Shown here: positions 24,384-36,873 of the stretch, in pieces | Layout: each line of letters starts with the position of its first letter | Numbering within the stretch: the stretch's first letter is position 1 | Source: Haliotis rufescens | Taxonomy: Eukaryota | Assembly: GCF_023055435.1 (NCBI RefSeq) | Contig: NW_025963835.1 | Coordinates: 34,224,001-34,288,000, forward strand | Reading direction: 5' to 3' | Length of the DNA stretch: 64,000 nucleotides | Translations under genes and position numbers: made by a program | Notes under the pieces: model-generated | The model's input: only the letters and a program-made list of their open reading frames with translations | The model's database searches: none | What the model was told of the DNA's origin: nothing

Positions 24384-27160
24384 GTTCGTTGACAAAACCT
24401 TTGTAATCAGCTTGAAATGAGAAGCAGCTCTCAGTTGAGAATATCTGGTTTGACTGTTCATCGTGAAAGACCTCATTTTATAGCATGTCTTCACCTTCAC
24501 TGCCACGTAGAACACACGGGGGCAGAAACAGGTATTCAAATGATGTCCAGTCCCAAAACTATAATGTTGAATTGGTGAATGACTCTAAAAAATGTCTGGG
24601 GGCAGAAATAACTATTCCGGGTGTGAATTGTTCGTCATATCCATCCCAGAAACCATTCTGTACCTCCTACCCTTCCTACACCTTTACATTTGACAGGATG
24701 GTTCATATTAGGGGTATTAGTCTATTTGCTCCCTAGCTTGTTCCGGTTGTAACAGGAGATTGTTTTCGTGTTTTCTTCTTGACTCCCACCTTGAACAGGA
24801 CACATTTATTGTTGGAGTGACTTCAAGGAAGCCCACACTGGTTTGATATGATGATATGGAATTGTTCACAAGCAGAATGCTTTAAATAGTACACAATTTC
24901 GAAAATATGCACCTTCGAAAGACAAAAAGGAAGATTTTTTTTTTACCGTTGCTTACTTGAAATAATTATGCACTGTTGTTAATCTTTAACTCAGGAAATA
25001 TCTTCTTTTGTGTGTGAAATAATTGGTAATTTGACTTAAGTGAAGCATATGAAAATCTTTCGTTTGAATTGATAGTCTGCAGTAGTGAGTTAAATTCTTG
25101 GTAGTAGAAAATGACATGTGCACAAACAATATAAGGTTGCTCTCTCCTGTTATCCTCAATGTTCAACATCTGTACATGTTTTCAAAACCGGATGTTTTTA
25201 CACACATCATATCATAGGCTCCTAAATCACTGTTCCCTTTTCGGCTGACGATATAACATCGAGTTCCCGATTACAGATCTTGCTTTAAAACATATGAGTA
25301 GATTAGTTCTAGGTAATTTCCACATTTTGCTAAGTATTTTCTCACCTTGGCAGAGATTCTTTGTTGTTGATTTTGTCAGAAAATCTATTTGTCTCTAATC
25401 ACAGCTATATTGCCCTTTGTGCACCCGGTGTCAAGAAGTAATGTTGTTGCACTTGACATGGAATCCTCACCTAGGAATGGGATTTCCAAATATTAAAATT
25501 CATTGAACACGAAACAGTGTACATTCTAAAGTTGATTATGTGTAGGATATACAATAAAGATAATGTCAAGCGACTGACAGACACAACAGTTAGGCTGGTT
25601 TCAAATAGAATGAAGCATCGTGAGTGAGTAGTGTTTTACGCCGCTTTAGAGATATTCCAGCAATATCACCGCAGGGGACAGCTTAAAATGGTGGGGAATC
25701 GAACCCAGACTTTCGAAGTGAGGAGCCAATGCTTTAACTGCTAGCCTACCCCACCGCCCCAACGTCGTGACGTAAATCAGTGCAATATACTGAGATATAA
25801 CATGGGATGACACAGTGTCCACAAACGTCCAGTTTGTAAAGTCCCATACATCCGGTTACTGAAACCTGAAAGGTAATCATCATCACATGTTCACAAGTAC
25901 AGAGGCGTATTTACAGAGTTGTTTGTTAGTGCGACCATCGGATCTGCCCTGCGATGTCAGTGGGTTCGGTGTGGTAAGTCCAAGTGTGAACAGGGTCATT
26001 GTGACGTGAGAAACAGATGGTATCGTACCACGATTGGCCAAACAAACAGATGATTTCATTACTCTAAATGAGTGAGTGAGTATGTTTTTACGCCACTTTT
26101 AGCAACATTCCAGCAACAGAAATGGGCTTCACACATTGTATCTATGTGGGGAATCGAACCCGCGTCTTCGGCTTGACGAGGACGCTTTAACCACTAGCCT
26201 ACCCCACCGCCAATTACTTTTAATAAGAATCTGTACAGATACAATTTTTGGTTTGGTTTGTTTGTTTAACGCCGCACTCAGCAATATTCCAGCTATATGA
26301 CGGCGGTCTGTAAATAATCGAGTCTGGACCAGACAATCCAGTGATTGATATCATGAGCATCGATCCACGCAATTGGGATCGATGACCTGCATCTACCCCG
26401 GATCTTCTTGGGCCGTACAGATACATAGTATTAAGTAACTAACACATGCCTCACTTGCTGAATAAGAACAGTGACGTCATTATGAGTGGTAGATAAACCA
26501 TAGTACTCTATAATATAGAATGCTTCTAATAAATTAACACACAATTTATATAAGGAAGAAACTTGATGTCATTGTAGGCTTTTAAATAAATAACAAACCG
26601 TTCGATAAAATATATCCCTCAATACGGCAAATCACTCAATCCGGCAATCCGAGTGATTCACATCATAACATTGTATTAAAAAGGAATGTTTGTTTCATAG
26701 AAACATATATATGAATGGTCAGATGCAGTTGACCTTATGGTTGTGATGCATGATACTATTGTTGTACAGTTCTATATGATGTGTGAGTATAGAATGACGC
26801 GTAGAGTGGGAGTAACGTGTGTGTAACGCGAGTAGTATCCGCATGAGAAATAATTAAGGGTCCGGTCAGTGGTGGGGGCGTGTTTGTGACCCGCCAAGGA
26901 ATTGATAAAGAGGCTAGGGTAAGCGTCGGAGGTGTGGATTAATGTGAACGTGACATACATTGTTTACAGAGGTGTTTTAACATGTAACTGAAACAAGCTG
27001 TCAAACTCATTTGAATGTTATGACGGTAAAGGTATTCTATCTTTAAAGCCCTTCACATCAACAAATGATAGATTCTTCATCACCTTAACGTATTATTCTA
27101 TCTTCAGTAGCAGAACAGGACACGCAATGCCTTGCATGTGTAAACATTGAACGAATTATG

Positions 27161-27600
27161 TCGTTGACAAAACCCCTGTAATCAACTTGAAATAGGAACT
27201 TCTGAGCACCTCTCAGTCGAGGTTTCCTGGTTTGGCTGTTCATCCTAAAATACCTCATTTAACCGACACTGCCACGTAGAACGCTCGGGGGTGAAATTGG
27301 TATTCACATTTTGTCCAATCCCAAAACTATTGTGTGGATATGAACAATGACTCTTACAAATGTCTGGAGGCAGAAATAAATATTTTGGGAGTGAATGTTC
27401 GTCATCTCCATCTCAAAAACCCATCTCTGCCTCCTACAATTTTACATTTGTCAGGATCTGTCAGGTGATCTTCAGGGGGTATTGATCTATTTGCTATCTG
27501 GCTTGTTCCGGTTTTAAGAGGACACTCGCTTGCCACGTTTTCTTTCTTGACTCTCTGCTTGAACAGGACGCATATATTGCTGAAGTTAGTTTGAGGAAGA
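27161..27600 (-). pseudogene. IL-17 promoter stub (P type), ATG region also deleted
   Basis: Paralog of 558-1020. Confidence 0.8.
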
Positions 27601-28755
27601 ACACAGAATGGTTTGATATCATGAGCACATAACGTTACGGTTCAGCGTTCAAACTATTGTTAAGTGTATTTTATTCTCCTGTTTCTACACTTCTTAGTGG
27701 TGGTAAATGACACCTATTGCACCCTGCTGCAAATCCTCAATGTTCAACACCTGTATATGTTTTGTTGATTACTCACATCGAATCAATATAACCTCTTCAT
27801 AGCAGAATATTGTTAAAGTCGGTTTCATTCTCGTCCGAAGATTCTCATTATGAAGAGTTTATCAGTCTCAACTATTGGAGTGTGGTCATGTGAGCATACC
27901 GTTACGGTTCAGCGTTCAAACTATTGTTCAGCGTATTTTATTTTTCTGTTTAAGACAGCGTGGCTCGGTTTAGGAGATGATATGTGAGTCCGTTCAAAAC
28001 AGGATGTTTACACACAACATGTCGTGGGCTGCTGAAAGTCATTGTCTTTTTCCCCTTTGATATGATATCGCCCAGCTCTCGTGTACATATCCTGTTTTGA
28101 AAATATAAAATTAGATTTACAGTCCTGGACATTTCAAACCGAATCACGACACATCGCGATTATTAATAAATGAAGATAGCTGCATGTGTGTAAATACTTA
28201 GAAAGTGAAAACAAGCCATTCCGACAACAAGGATTATTTTATACAGTAATGATAAAAAAAAATCAAAAGTGCGCTTTTTCAAGAAATGTCCATTTTGCTA
28301 GTAACAAACATCACTGAGTCTTGATCACGTGGTTACTGTCCGGGCTATGATCGGCAGTCAGGTAAAAACAATCAGTTATATTTAGAACTTAGTCTCATAG
28401 GACTTATATTCGTACCTGGAATCCACACAGGTTACATGATGACAACAAGATATTCGAGGGTTCCGTATCGTGAAGCAGTCTCCCGTACTTTAACACTGAG
28501 TTAGTGGCAGCGCTGCAGTCGCTTTTTGTCACAGATGGCAGGTGATTGTGTGAAAGACGAATATTTGACGTCTCTGCTTCAATATTTGTTGTCTGACGTC
28601 GCACTCAGCAATATTCCAGCTATATGACGGCGGACTGTAAGTCATCGAGTCTCTGCCAGACAACATAGTGATTGATGATGTGAAACACGATCCATGCTGT
28701 CAGGGTACGATGCCACGCTATCATGCAAGTCTCAAAGTCCACGACCACCCGATCC

Positions 28756-29040
28756 ATAGCTTGCTGTGGACTATTCTGACCAGGAATCCATACCAGGGAC
28801 ACCTTTTACAACAGGTATAGCTTGCTATGGACTATTCTGACCAGGAATCCATACCAGGGACACCTTTTCCAACAGGTATAGCTTGCTGTGGACTATTCTG
28901 ACCAGGAATCCATACCAGGGACACCTTTTACGACAGGTATAGCTTGCTGAAGACTATTCTGACCAGGAATCCATACCAGGGACATCTCTTACGACCGGTA
29001 TAGCTTGTTGGGGGCTATTCTAACTAAGAATCCGCACAGG
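28756..29040. repeat. 61-bp VNTR, about 4.7 units
   Basis: Unit TATAGCTTGCTGTGGACTATTCTGACCAGGAATCCATACCAGGGACACCTCTTACGACCGG. Confidence 0.95.
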
Positions 29041-29564
29041 ATCAATACATAAATTATACGACACAGTAATATAAGACAGAATATGCAGACAGTTAGTAAG
29101 TTATACCAATGTGTTGTAAGGGAGTGACCATTTCATTTTCGTGGTTATTTTCTGTATTTAAAAAAAAACTAGGAACAAGAATATATATATAAACTTATTA
29201 TTAGTGTGTTTTGAAGCAGTGACTGATAAAGTATGATCATGTCTCTAACAAAAAGTGGCTGACCCCTCTAGGTCTCTACCATATTCACAAACAATGTCAG
29301 AACAAGGTGGTACCACATGGATCTAATTCCAATAGCACACGATTTGATAATTAATTGTCAAATATAGCTGACACAAGATGGTAAATGTCTAAACAACTTA
29401 ATAGTTGTCACTGTTCACCAAGCAGCCAGCTGAGTTGTATTCTCCCCAGGGAGCTGAGAATGCAATGTCAATACATACTGATCCATTGACAGGGCACGTT
29501 CTGTGTAGCTGGAATGTATGGATACGATAGACTATGTGTGTGCTATTATTTCTACTGTTGAATA

Positions 29565-30892
29565 TCAACTTGGTGAGATCCGACGTTTTGTGATTGTGCA
29601 ACCTACTGCTAATGGTAAGTCCTTGGGTTGACATATGAAGATACTATTTTCACATCTGGTTTCAAAAATAATCATATAAACTAACAACTGTTAGTTAAAC
29701 TTTGAAGGTGAAGGTTTGATGAATATTTGAAGGTGGTTGACACTGTGTAAGATCATGTTGCCAACGTCGAAATCTACTGGTACAATGTCGTCATCTACAG
29801 GCACAAGACGGTCATTTTCTGGCATAGCGTCGACATCAAGTCGTTCAACACCGTCATCTATAGGCACAACGCTGTCATCTACTGGCACAAACGTCGTCCT
29901 CTATGTAACAGCTCCGTCATTTACAGGTACAACGCTGCCATCTGATGATACCAAGCCTTCATCTACATGCACAACATCGTCCTCTACAGGCACAAAGGTA
30001 TAATCTACTGGAACTATATCTATAACTACCACGTCATCTACTGGTACCATACATATATAACTACCACGTCATCTACTGGTACTATGTATATAACTACCAC
30101 GTCATCTACTGGTACTATATATATAACTACCACGTCATCTACTGGTACTATGTATATAACTACCACGTCATCTACTGGTACTATATATATAACTACCACG
30201 TCATCTACTGGAACAACGCTGTCATATACCAAGACAACGCCTTCTGTCATCTACTGGCACAGCGTCGTCCTCTACAGTAACAGCGCCGTCATCTACAGGC
30301 ACAACGCTGTCATCTGAACGTACAACACCTTCGTCTACAGGCACAACACTGTCATCTACTGGTACTATATATATAACTACCACGTCATCTACTGGTACTA
30401 TATATATAACTACCACGTCATCTACTGGTACTATATATATAACTACCACGTCATCTACTGGAACAACGCTGTCATATACCAAGACAACGCCTTCTGTCAT
30501 CTACAGTAACAGCGCCGTCATCTACAGGCACAACGCTGCCATCTGAACGTACAACACCTTCGTCTACAGGCACAACACTGTCATCTACTGGTACTACCTC
30601 ATCATCTACTGGAACAACGCTGTCATATACCAGGACAACGCCTACTGTCATCTACTGGCACAGCGTCGTCCTCTACAGTAACATCACCGTCATCTACAGG
30701 CACAACGCTGCCATCTGAACGTACAAAACCTTCGTATTCAGGCACAACGTCGTCATCTACAGGTACACGGTCGTCATCAACAGGCACAACATCGTCCTCT
30801 GCGGGACCAACGCTGTCATCTACTGGTACTACCAACTCATCTACTAGAACAACGAACGAACATCAACACTACCGATAATCGCACACCTGCAT
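29565..30892 (-). pseudogene. Diverged IL-17 pseudogene with N-terminal 21-bp repeat expansion
   Basis: Minus strand reads MQV-RLSVVL (cf. MQLSQLSVVL), (PVDDDVV)n, PVDFDVGNMI (cf. PVTDDMGNMM), TQCQPPSNIHQTF (cf. TQCQIPSHIQQIF) and CENSIFICQPKDLPLAVGCTITKRRISPS* (cf. CENGTFTYQPEDKEVAVGCTCAAPRASSG*). It carries frameshifts and internal deletions. Confidence 0.85.
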
Positions 30893-31310
30893 GTTCCTCA
30901 ATAGAACAAGGACATCTAACGCTGCATTGTGTATTTTATAATATTTCAGTGATAAATAATGTTGGGGAATTATAATTGCGTTAAACGTTTCGTTTTACTT
31001 GATAAATGAATTCATGATTGCATGACACTCAGAGAAATATTTTATTGCAATATGCATTTGTACAACTCTGCTTTACATTATCGAATTCTCCACTATCAGA
31101 TGTGATGGTAATTCTTAATGATAGAGTATCAGTGATAATGGCTTTCCTATAACAGTTACATTGTACGTCCTAATGGAGGAGAAATTAGCGTGTGAGTGTG
31201 TCAGTTTTATTCGGTATAACGCCTATTTGAACACTGATAGAGAATTATTTGATCACTGATAGTCCGTGCACAAAGTGCCTTGCATTATTTCCACAGTAAC
31301 TATTTCCTAT

Positions 31311-32126
31311 TCACAAAGAGAGAAATATCTTCCATAACAAATTTTGTTTAAAAGAAGATAAATTATATGGTATGTATGAACAGGCGCATATGTACACAGG
31401 TGTGGTTGTACACAGGTGTAGTTGTACACATGTGCAGTTGTACACAGGTTCAGTTGTACACAGGTCCATTTGTACACGTGTGGTTGTACACAGGTGCATT
31501 TGTACACAGGTGCATTTGTACACAGGTGCATTTGTACACATGTGTGGTTGTACACAGGTGCATTTGTACCCATGTGTGGTTGTACACATGTGCAGTTGTA
31601 CACATGTGTGGTTGTACACAGGTGTGATTGTACACAGGTGCAGTTGTACACAGGTGCAGTTGTACACAGGTGTGGTTGTACACAGATGCAGTTGTACACA
31701 GGTGCAGTTGTACACAGGTGTTGTTGTACACAGGTTTAGTTGTACACAGCTGTATTTCAAAACACGGAAGCTAGCTTTCACTTGTTCACACTGGTTCTGG
31801 ATATTGTTGATACAGTCTGTACAATTACAGCTGGCACTCCGAAGCTGTTGTGGATAAATGTTGTCTCCAAGTCTTAGCGAGACGAAGCTCCAGGGGCAAA
31901 TGGAACGTTCTCGAGTGGAGTCTTGCATGTTGTTTGGTGACACGGGTGAGTTCGAAGTATCAGGGATGTTGTTCAAGCTGTTGAAGATCTGTTGTATATG
32001 TGATGGTATCTGGCATTGTGTGGCATCCCTTCGTGCTCGCATCATGTTTCCCATATCGTCAGTCACTGGTGTGGCAGTCGCATTCATGATGACGACGAGT
32101 ACTACATATAACTGTGACAGCTGCAT
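31311..32126 (-). CDS. Chimeric ORF: IL-17 residues 1-127 fused in frame to a minisatellite-encoded Cys/Thr-rich tail (271 aa); may be a pseudogene
   Basis: IL-17 homology ends at 31745 (...VLKYSC) and the frame stays open through the TGTACACAGGTGCAGTT array to a stop at 31311. Promoter and TATA are retained. Confidence 0.7.
   Translation of the reverse strand: MQLSQLYVVLVVIMNATATPVTDDMGNMMRARRDATQCQIPSHIQQIFNSLNNIPDTSNSPVSPNNMQDSTRERSICPWSFVSLRLGDNIYPQQLRSASCNCTDCINNIQNQCEQVKASFRVLKYSCVQLNLCTTTPVYNCTCVQLHLCTTTPVYNCTCVQLHLCTITPVYNHTCVQLHMCTTTHGYKCTCVQPHMCTNAPVYKCTCVQMHLCTTTRVQMDLCTTEPVYNCTCVQLHLCTTTPVYICACSYIPYNLSSFKQNLLWKIFLSL
31388..31749. repeat. 17-bp minisatellite (TGTACACAGGTGCAGTT)n, about 21 units
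   Basis: Direct inspection. Confidence 0.97.
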
Positions 32127-33198
32127 GTTCGTTGACAAAACTTTTGTAATCAACTTAAAATAGTGACTTCTGAGCATCTGTCAGTCGAGAGTTTCTGGTG
32201 TGACTGCTCATCACAAACGACCTCATTTTATAGCAAGTGTGAACCTACACTGCCAAGACGAACGGTCGGGGCTGAAATGGGTATTCACATTTTGTCCAAT
32301 CCCAAAACTATAGTGTTGAATTTGAGAATGACTCTAACAAATGTCTGGGGGCAGAAATAACTATTCCGGGTGTGAAATGTTCGTCATCTCCATCTCAAAA
32401 CCCCATCTCTGCCTCCTACTCCTCCTACAATTTTACATTTATCAAGATTTGTCAGGTGATGTTCAAATGTTCATGGGTATTTATTTCTTCCCTATCGAGC
32501 TTGTTCCGGTTGTAAGAGGATAATAGCTAGTCAAGTTTTCTTTCTTGACTTCCTGCTTGAAGAGAACACATTTTTGCTTGAGTAACTTCGAAGAAGTATA
32601 CCGAATGGTTTAATATGATAGTTGTTCACAAGCAAAATTCTTTACAACAGTGTACACATTTTCGGAAAGATGTTCTAATGACAAATTAGGGATAACAAAT
32701 CATGTTTCACTGTAGCTAACTTAAGATAATTGTGCACTCTTGTTAAGCGCCAACTCAGGAAATATCTTCCTTTGTGAGTGACAATATTCAAGCAACTTTA
32801 CTGAAGCCTATGAAAATCTGCGCTTTGGTTCGAATATATTGCCTACAGTTCAGCCTGAGTTAAATTCTTAATATTAGAAACAGGACATGTGCATAAGTAA
32901 TCAAATGTTGCGATCTACAGCAAATGTTCAACGTTCAACACCAGTACGTCTTTGTGAGTGTGATGATTACTGACATCCATGCATAATGACCACTTCACCA
33001 CCGGATATATATTGTTCCTTCTCGTCCTGAGATTCTCATTACGAAGTACATGTCTGTCAGACATGCAATTGTGGTCATGAGTGCATAACGATACGGTGCA
33101 GGATTCAAACTATTGTTCAGCTAACTCTATTTTTGTGTTGACTGACAGCCTGGGTTCTTTCAAAACGTATTGACATTTGAGTCCTTTCAAAACCGACA

Positions 33199-33588
33199 GA
33201 CCGCCTCCGTGGTCTAGTGGTAGAGCGTCCGCCCGGAGAGCGGAAGGTCCGGGGTTCGATCCCCGGCCGCGTCATACCAAAAGACGTTAAAAGATGGTAC
33301 TTGTTGTTACCCTGTCAGGCGCTCGGCATTAAGGGGCTAAAACAAGGACTGGTCGGCTCGGAGTCAGTATACTTTGTCTGAGTGGGGTATTCATGTTAAA
33401 CTGCGGCATGGTATCTCAGTGAGCTAGCACTATAAATCGGCATTAGTCCGGACTAGTACAAGCACCCTCACACATACCATAGTCGTTCACAAGCAAAATT
33501 CTTTACAACAGTGTACACATTTTAAGTGCACATATAAGTGCAATAATCTTGGACGCGACGTTAAACCCCATTTCACCTCACCTCACCT
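33199..33588 (+). mobile_element. tRNA-derived SINE family 2 with (CACCT)n tail
   Basis: A/B boxes, TSD CAAAACCGACA, empty site at about 9691. Reverse partial copies at 4265-4495, 36763-36890 and 58448-58675. Confidence 0.88.
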
Positions 33589-35087
33589 CAAAACCGACAT
33601 GTGCACACACCAAATCATGGACTGCCGAAAATCATACCCATCCCCCGCCCTCCTTTGTCTCATGTGATAATTTCCACATTCTTTAAGTATCTTCTCAAAG
33701 CCATCTGGCAGAGTTAATCTTGTCAGACAAAATCTTTTTATCGTTCACTGCAACTAAATTACCTGCGTGTGTCTGCTGTCTAAAAATAAAGTTGAAATTA
33801 AATGTTTCTTACCCAAGAATGGGATTACACAATATCACAATTCACTAAACGCTGATCCTTCCGATGAGTGTACATCATTATGTGTGGGAAAACGGGAATG
33901 TCAAGCGATCGGATGACACAACAGTTAAACTGGCCGTAGATAGCCTAGCCTCTAGAATCAGATTTCTGTGGGACGCCATGATATCAGGATGTCATGACGT
34001 AAATCAGCACAAGATACTGGCATATTACGTTGTTCAGCTCGAAACATCACTTACACGCGGCAACTGCCACTTGTAAAGAATTGATCATTACACGTTCACA
34101 AGTACAGATACTTATTTTTAGTGTTAAATGTTGCAACAATATCAGATCCACCTTACGATCGCCAGTGGGTTCGGCAACTCAAAGTTTGAGCAGAGTCAGT
34201 TATGACGCGATATGCAGATGACGTCATGTGACGTTACGAAATCCGTTGATCCGACTTGTATGGGATTACAATGAGGCGATTGGTTAAACAGATTGCTTGA
34301 GTTTAGGTTTTTGTAAAGAATATAATCAAGATGAACGAATTTAGATCGTATTTGCATTTCGGGTCAGAATAAGGGCAGCCATAAAAATTCAGACTCGGTA
34401 TTTTGGGTTATAGTCTGTCTGACTAAAACGGACATGTGCAGTTGAACACTGCTCAGTAAGGGTTTTAGCATGTGGGTACATAGCCGATGAACACTTTTAA
34501 TATGACTTTTATCAAGGAAATATATGAGGTAGACACAGTTTTAAGGATAACAACTTCTTTAATATTGTAAAAAGCGACGTTTCGGTGTAGATCCTTATAC
34601 CTTTGTCACCCGTCCACTTCTCAGTAATGTCTTTCAAACAAGAAAATATATAGATTTGTAATTATTTATGAATGATATATGTCAGTGTTGCCACGTCTAA
34701 AAATTATTTGTACTGGTTACACGATCATTGCAAAATGGCAAATGTTCAAATTTGTGTTCGGATTGTTCCCAACTCACAGGATGGTAAGAATTTCGTTCAT
34801 AATTGTCATAGATTTAGAATCGAGAACAGAAGAAACCCCACTGTATATTGCTGTAGAAACGACTGCCACCAAAGAGAAGAAAGTGTCGTACCCTCGACAC
34901 AAATATCCTCAGTAAAAAACATGAACTGGCTAAGATAAACTCTAATTGAGTATGCCGATGCCATATCCCACTTTGTTGACCTGTAAACGTGTTTGAAGAT
35001 GTTTGTGCATATCTGTCATTAATATTGTTAACTAGATCAATGTCTTGTACATTACAAACCATTTCGTATAATTGATTTCCTGAATGC

Positions 35088-35253
35088 ATGAGTGAGTGAG
35101 TATGGTTTTACGCCGCTTTTATCCATATTTCAGCAATATCACGGCGGGGAACACCAGAAATGGGCTTCACACATTGTACCCATGTCGGGAATCGAACCCG
35201 GGGTCTTCGGCGTGACGACCGAACGCTTTAACCACTTGGCTCCCGACCGCCCC
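35088..35253 (-). mobile_element. SINE family 1, insertion specific to unit II
   Basis: TSD CCTGAATG(C/T)ATGA; empty site at about 11308. Confidence 0.9.
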
Positions 35254-36825
35254 CTGAATGTATGAAGATATACATCTATGTAGACGTTAAATATGTAAAT
35301 TTAATCAATAACCATATTGAAATGATTTGATTTAATAGAGTATGTATCCTAATATGCTTCTTGCAATGTATCTTATCGTGTATTGTATCTGTATGTGAGG
35401 AATGTTATAAATGAATAAATGTGTACTGATATTCTGCCACAGACACTAGTTAAACACCCTATTTTCTCCCCATTTACCATGGCTGACTGCACTTTTACCC
35501 AGAGTTATAGGCGAGGGCACAGTGTGGTGTCCCCATTATACACACAATAACCTGACATGTCTGTGCGTGTACAATAGCATATTTTTATTATCCTGCAGAC
35601 GGAAGGGTAACGTGTGGTTAAAGCGCCGACCGTCACGCCGAAGGCCGGGGTTCGTTTCCATAAATGAGTTTAAGTTGTGAAATTCTTTTCTGGTGTCCCT
35701 CACGCGAGGAATGTTGCTCAAAGTGGAGAAAGCAATACTCAGTCTCTCTTCTTGTATCTTATTCCTAAAATAAGAGCAGCTGAAAATGTAATGTAACCTG
35801 CTTCATAATGTTAAAAACGGAATCCCATTGTCTTAATATTACTATCTCGGTACCTCTGAAACATGTAGTGCAATACACTAAATCGTGGTTTACGAACACG
35901 AAGAATTAGCTCATTGTGCCAAGTTTCCCGACATCACACTGTGTCAAACGGCCATTGCCTACCACAACACTTCCGTGACTTCAGTGAACTGTCTGCTCTT
36001 CGCTCACAACTCAAATCCGGTCTCTTCAGACTTACTGTTTCCAAATGACTTCTTATTGAGATGTCCCTTGAGCATGCACGATGCATGGTAATGCGCCATA
36101 CAAATAGACTATTACCATTATTATTATTTATTATGATTATAACCGGAATCTTTCATTTACCCTTTAGAATTGACACCTGTGACGCGTTATCACACACGAA
36201 ATAGAAACATCCACAGGTGCCCCACAATAACGTTGCGATAACAGCGGGGTATCCCCTCTTAAGTTAAACAGGTGCTTTGACCATCTGTCTGCAGAACTTC
36301 TTCCTTGGAAGTAGGCACAAAACCACCAGATGCAGCTGAAGCTTAGGAGCTGTTTTCTTGTCCTTCAATAAAAAGGATTTACAATTCCATTGGCTGAGGA
36401 AAAGTCTTCACGTGTTAAGTTCGACACGACATTACTAGGTCACAGCCACAGAGACATGATGATGTAGTTCGGGCACAGAATGGACAAATCTGAGTAGGTA
36501 ATATAGCTGACAAATGAGCGTCCTGGACGAATGTTTTGCATCGTAAAGTTCAAGTGTCCAAGAAGATTGAAAAGCTTTTCTTATGGTGCTTTTCTCTTTG
36601 TCGCCAATTCCTTTATGTGCAGAATCTCTGCATTGTTTCTGCTCCAGTGTTAATGGAGTCATCTATTGTTTGAAATTCGTCTATCAGGTGAAATATATGG
36701 GCCACATTGCATACATGCTCCACAATCTAGCCTATTGATTCACACGGTTGGTCAAACAGTTTGGTGAGGTGAAATGGGGTTTAACGTCGCGTCCAAAATT
36801 ATTGCACTTATATAGCGACGTGCAT

Positions 36826-36830
<5 letters not shown>

Positions 36831-36871
<41 letters not shown>
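36831..36871. repeat. (TG)n microsatellite within a SINE family 2 fragment
   Basis: Direct inspection. Confidence 0.95.

Positions 36872-36873
<2 letters not shown>

Noticed and set aside
29737-30317. Mucin-like TTSSSTG ORFs on the plus strand
   Set aside because: Antisense reading of the PVDDDVV repeat; the flanking homology to IL-17 is on the minus strand.
31388-31749. Idea that the TGTACA satellite derives from the IL-17 TGC ACA TGT GCT GCA CCT (CTCAAP) codons
   Set aside because: Only 8-10 bp matches, and the satellite's native position is in upstream flank sequence, so chance similarity cannot be excluded.
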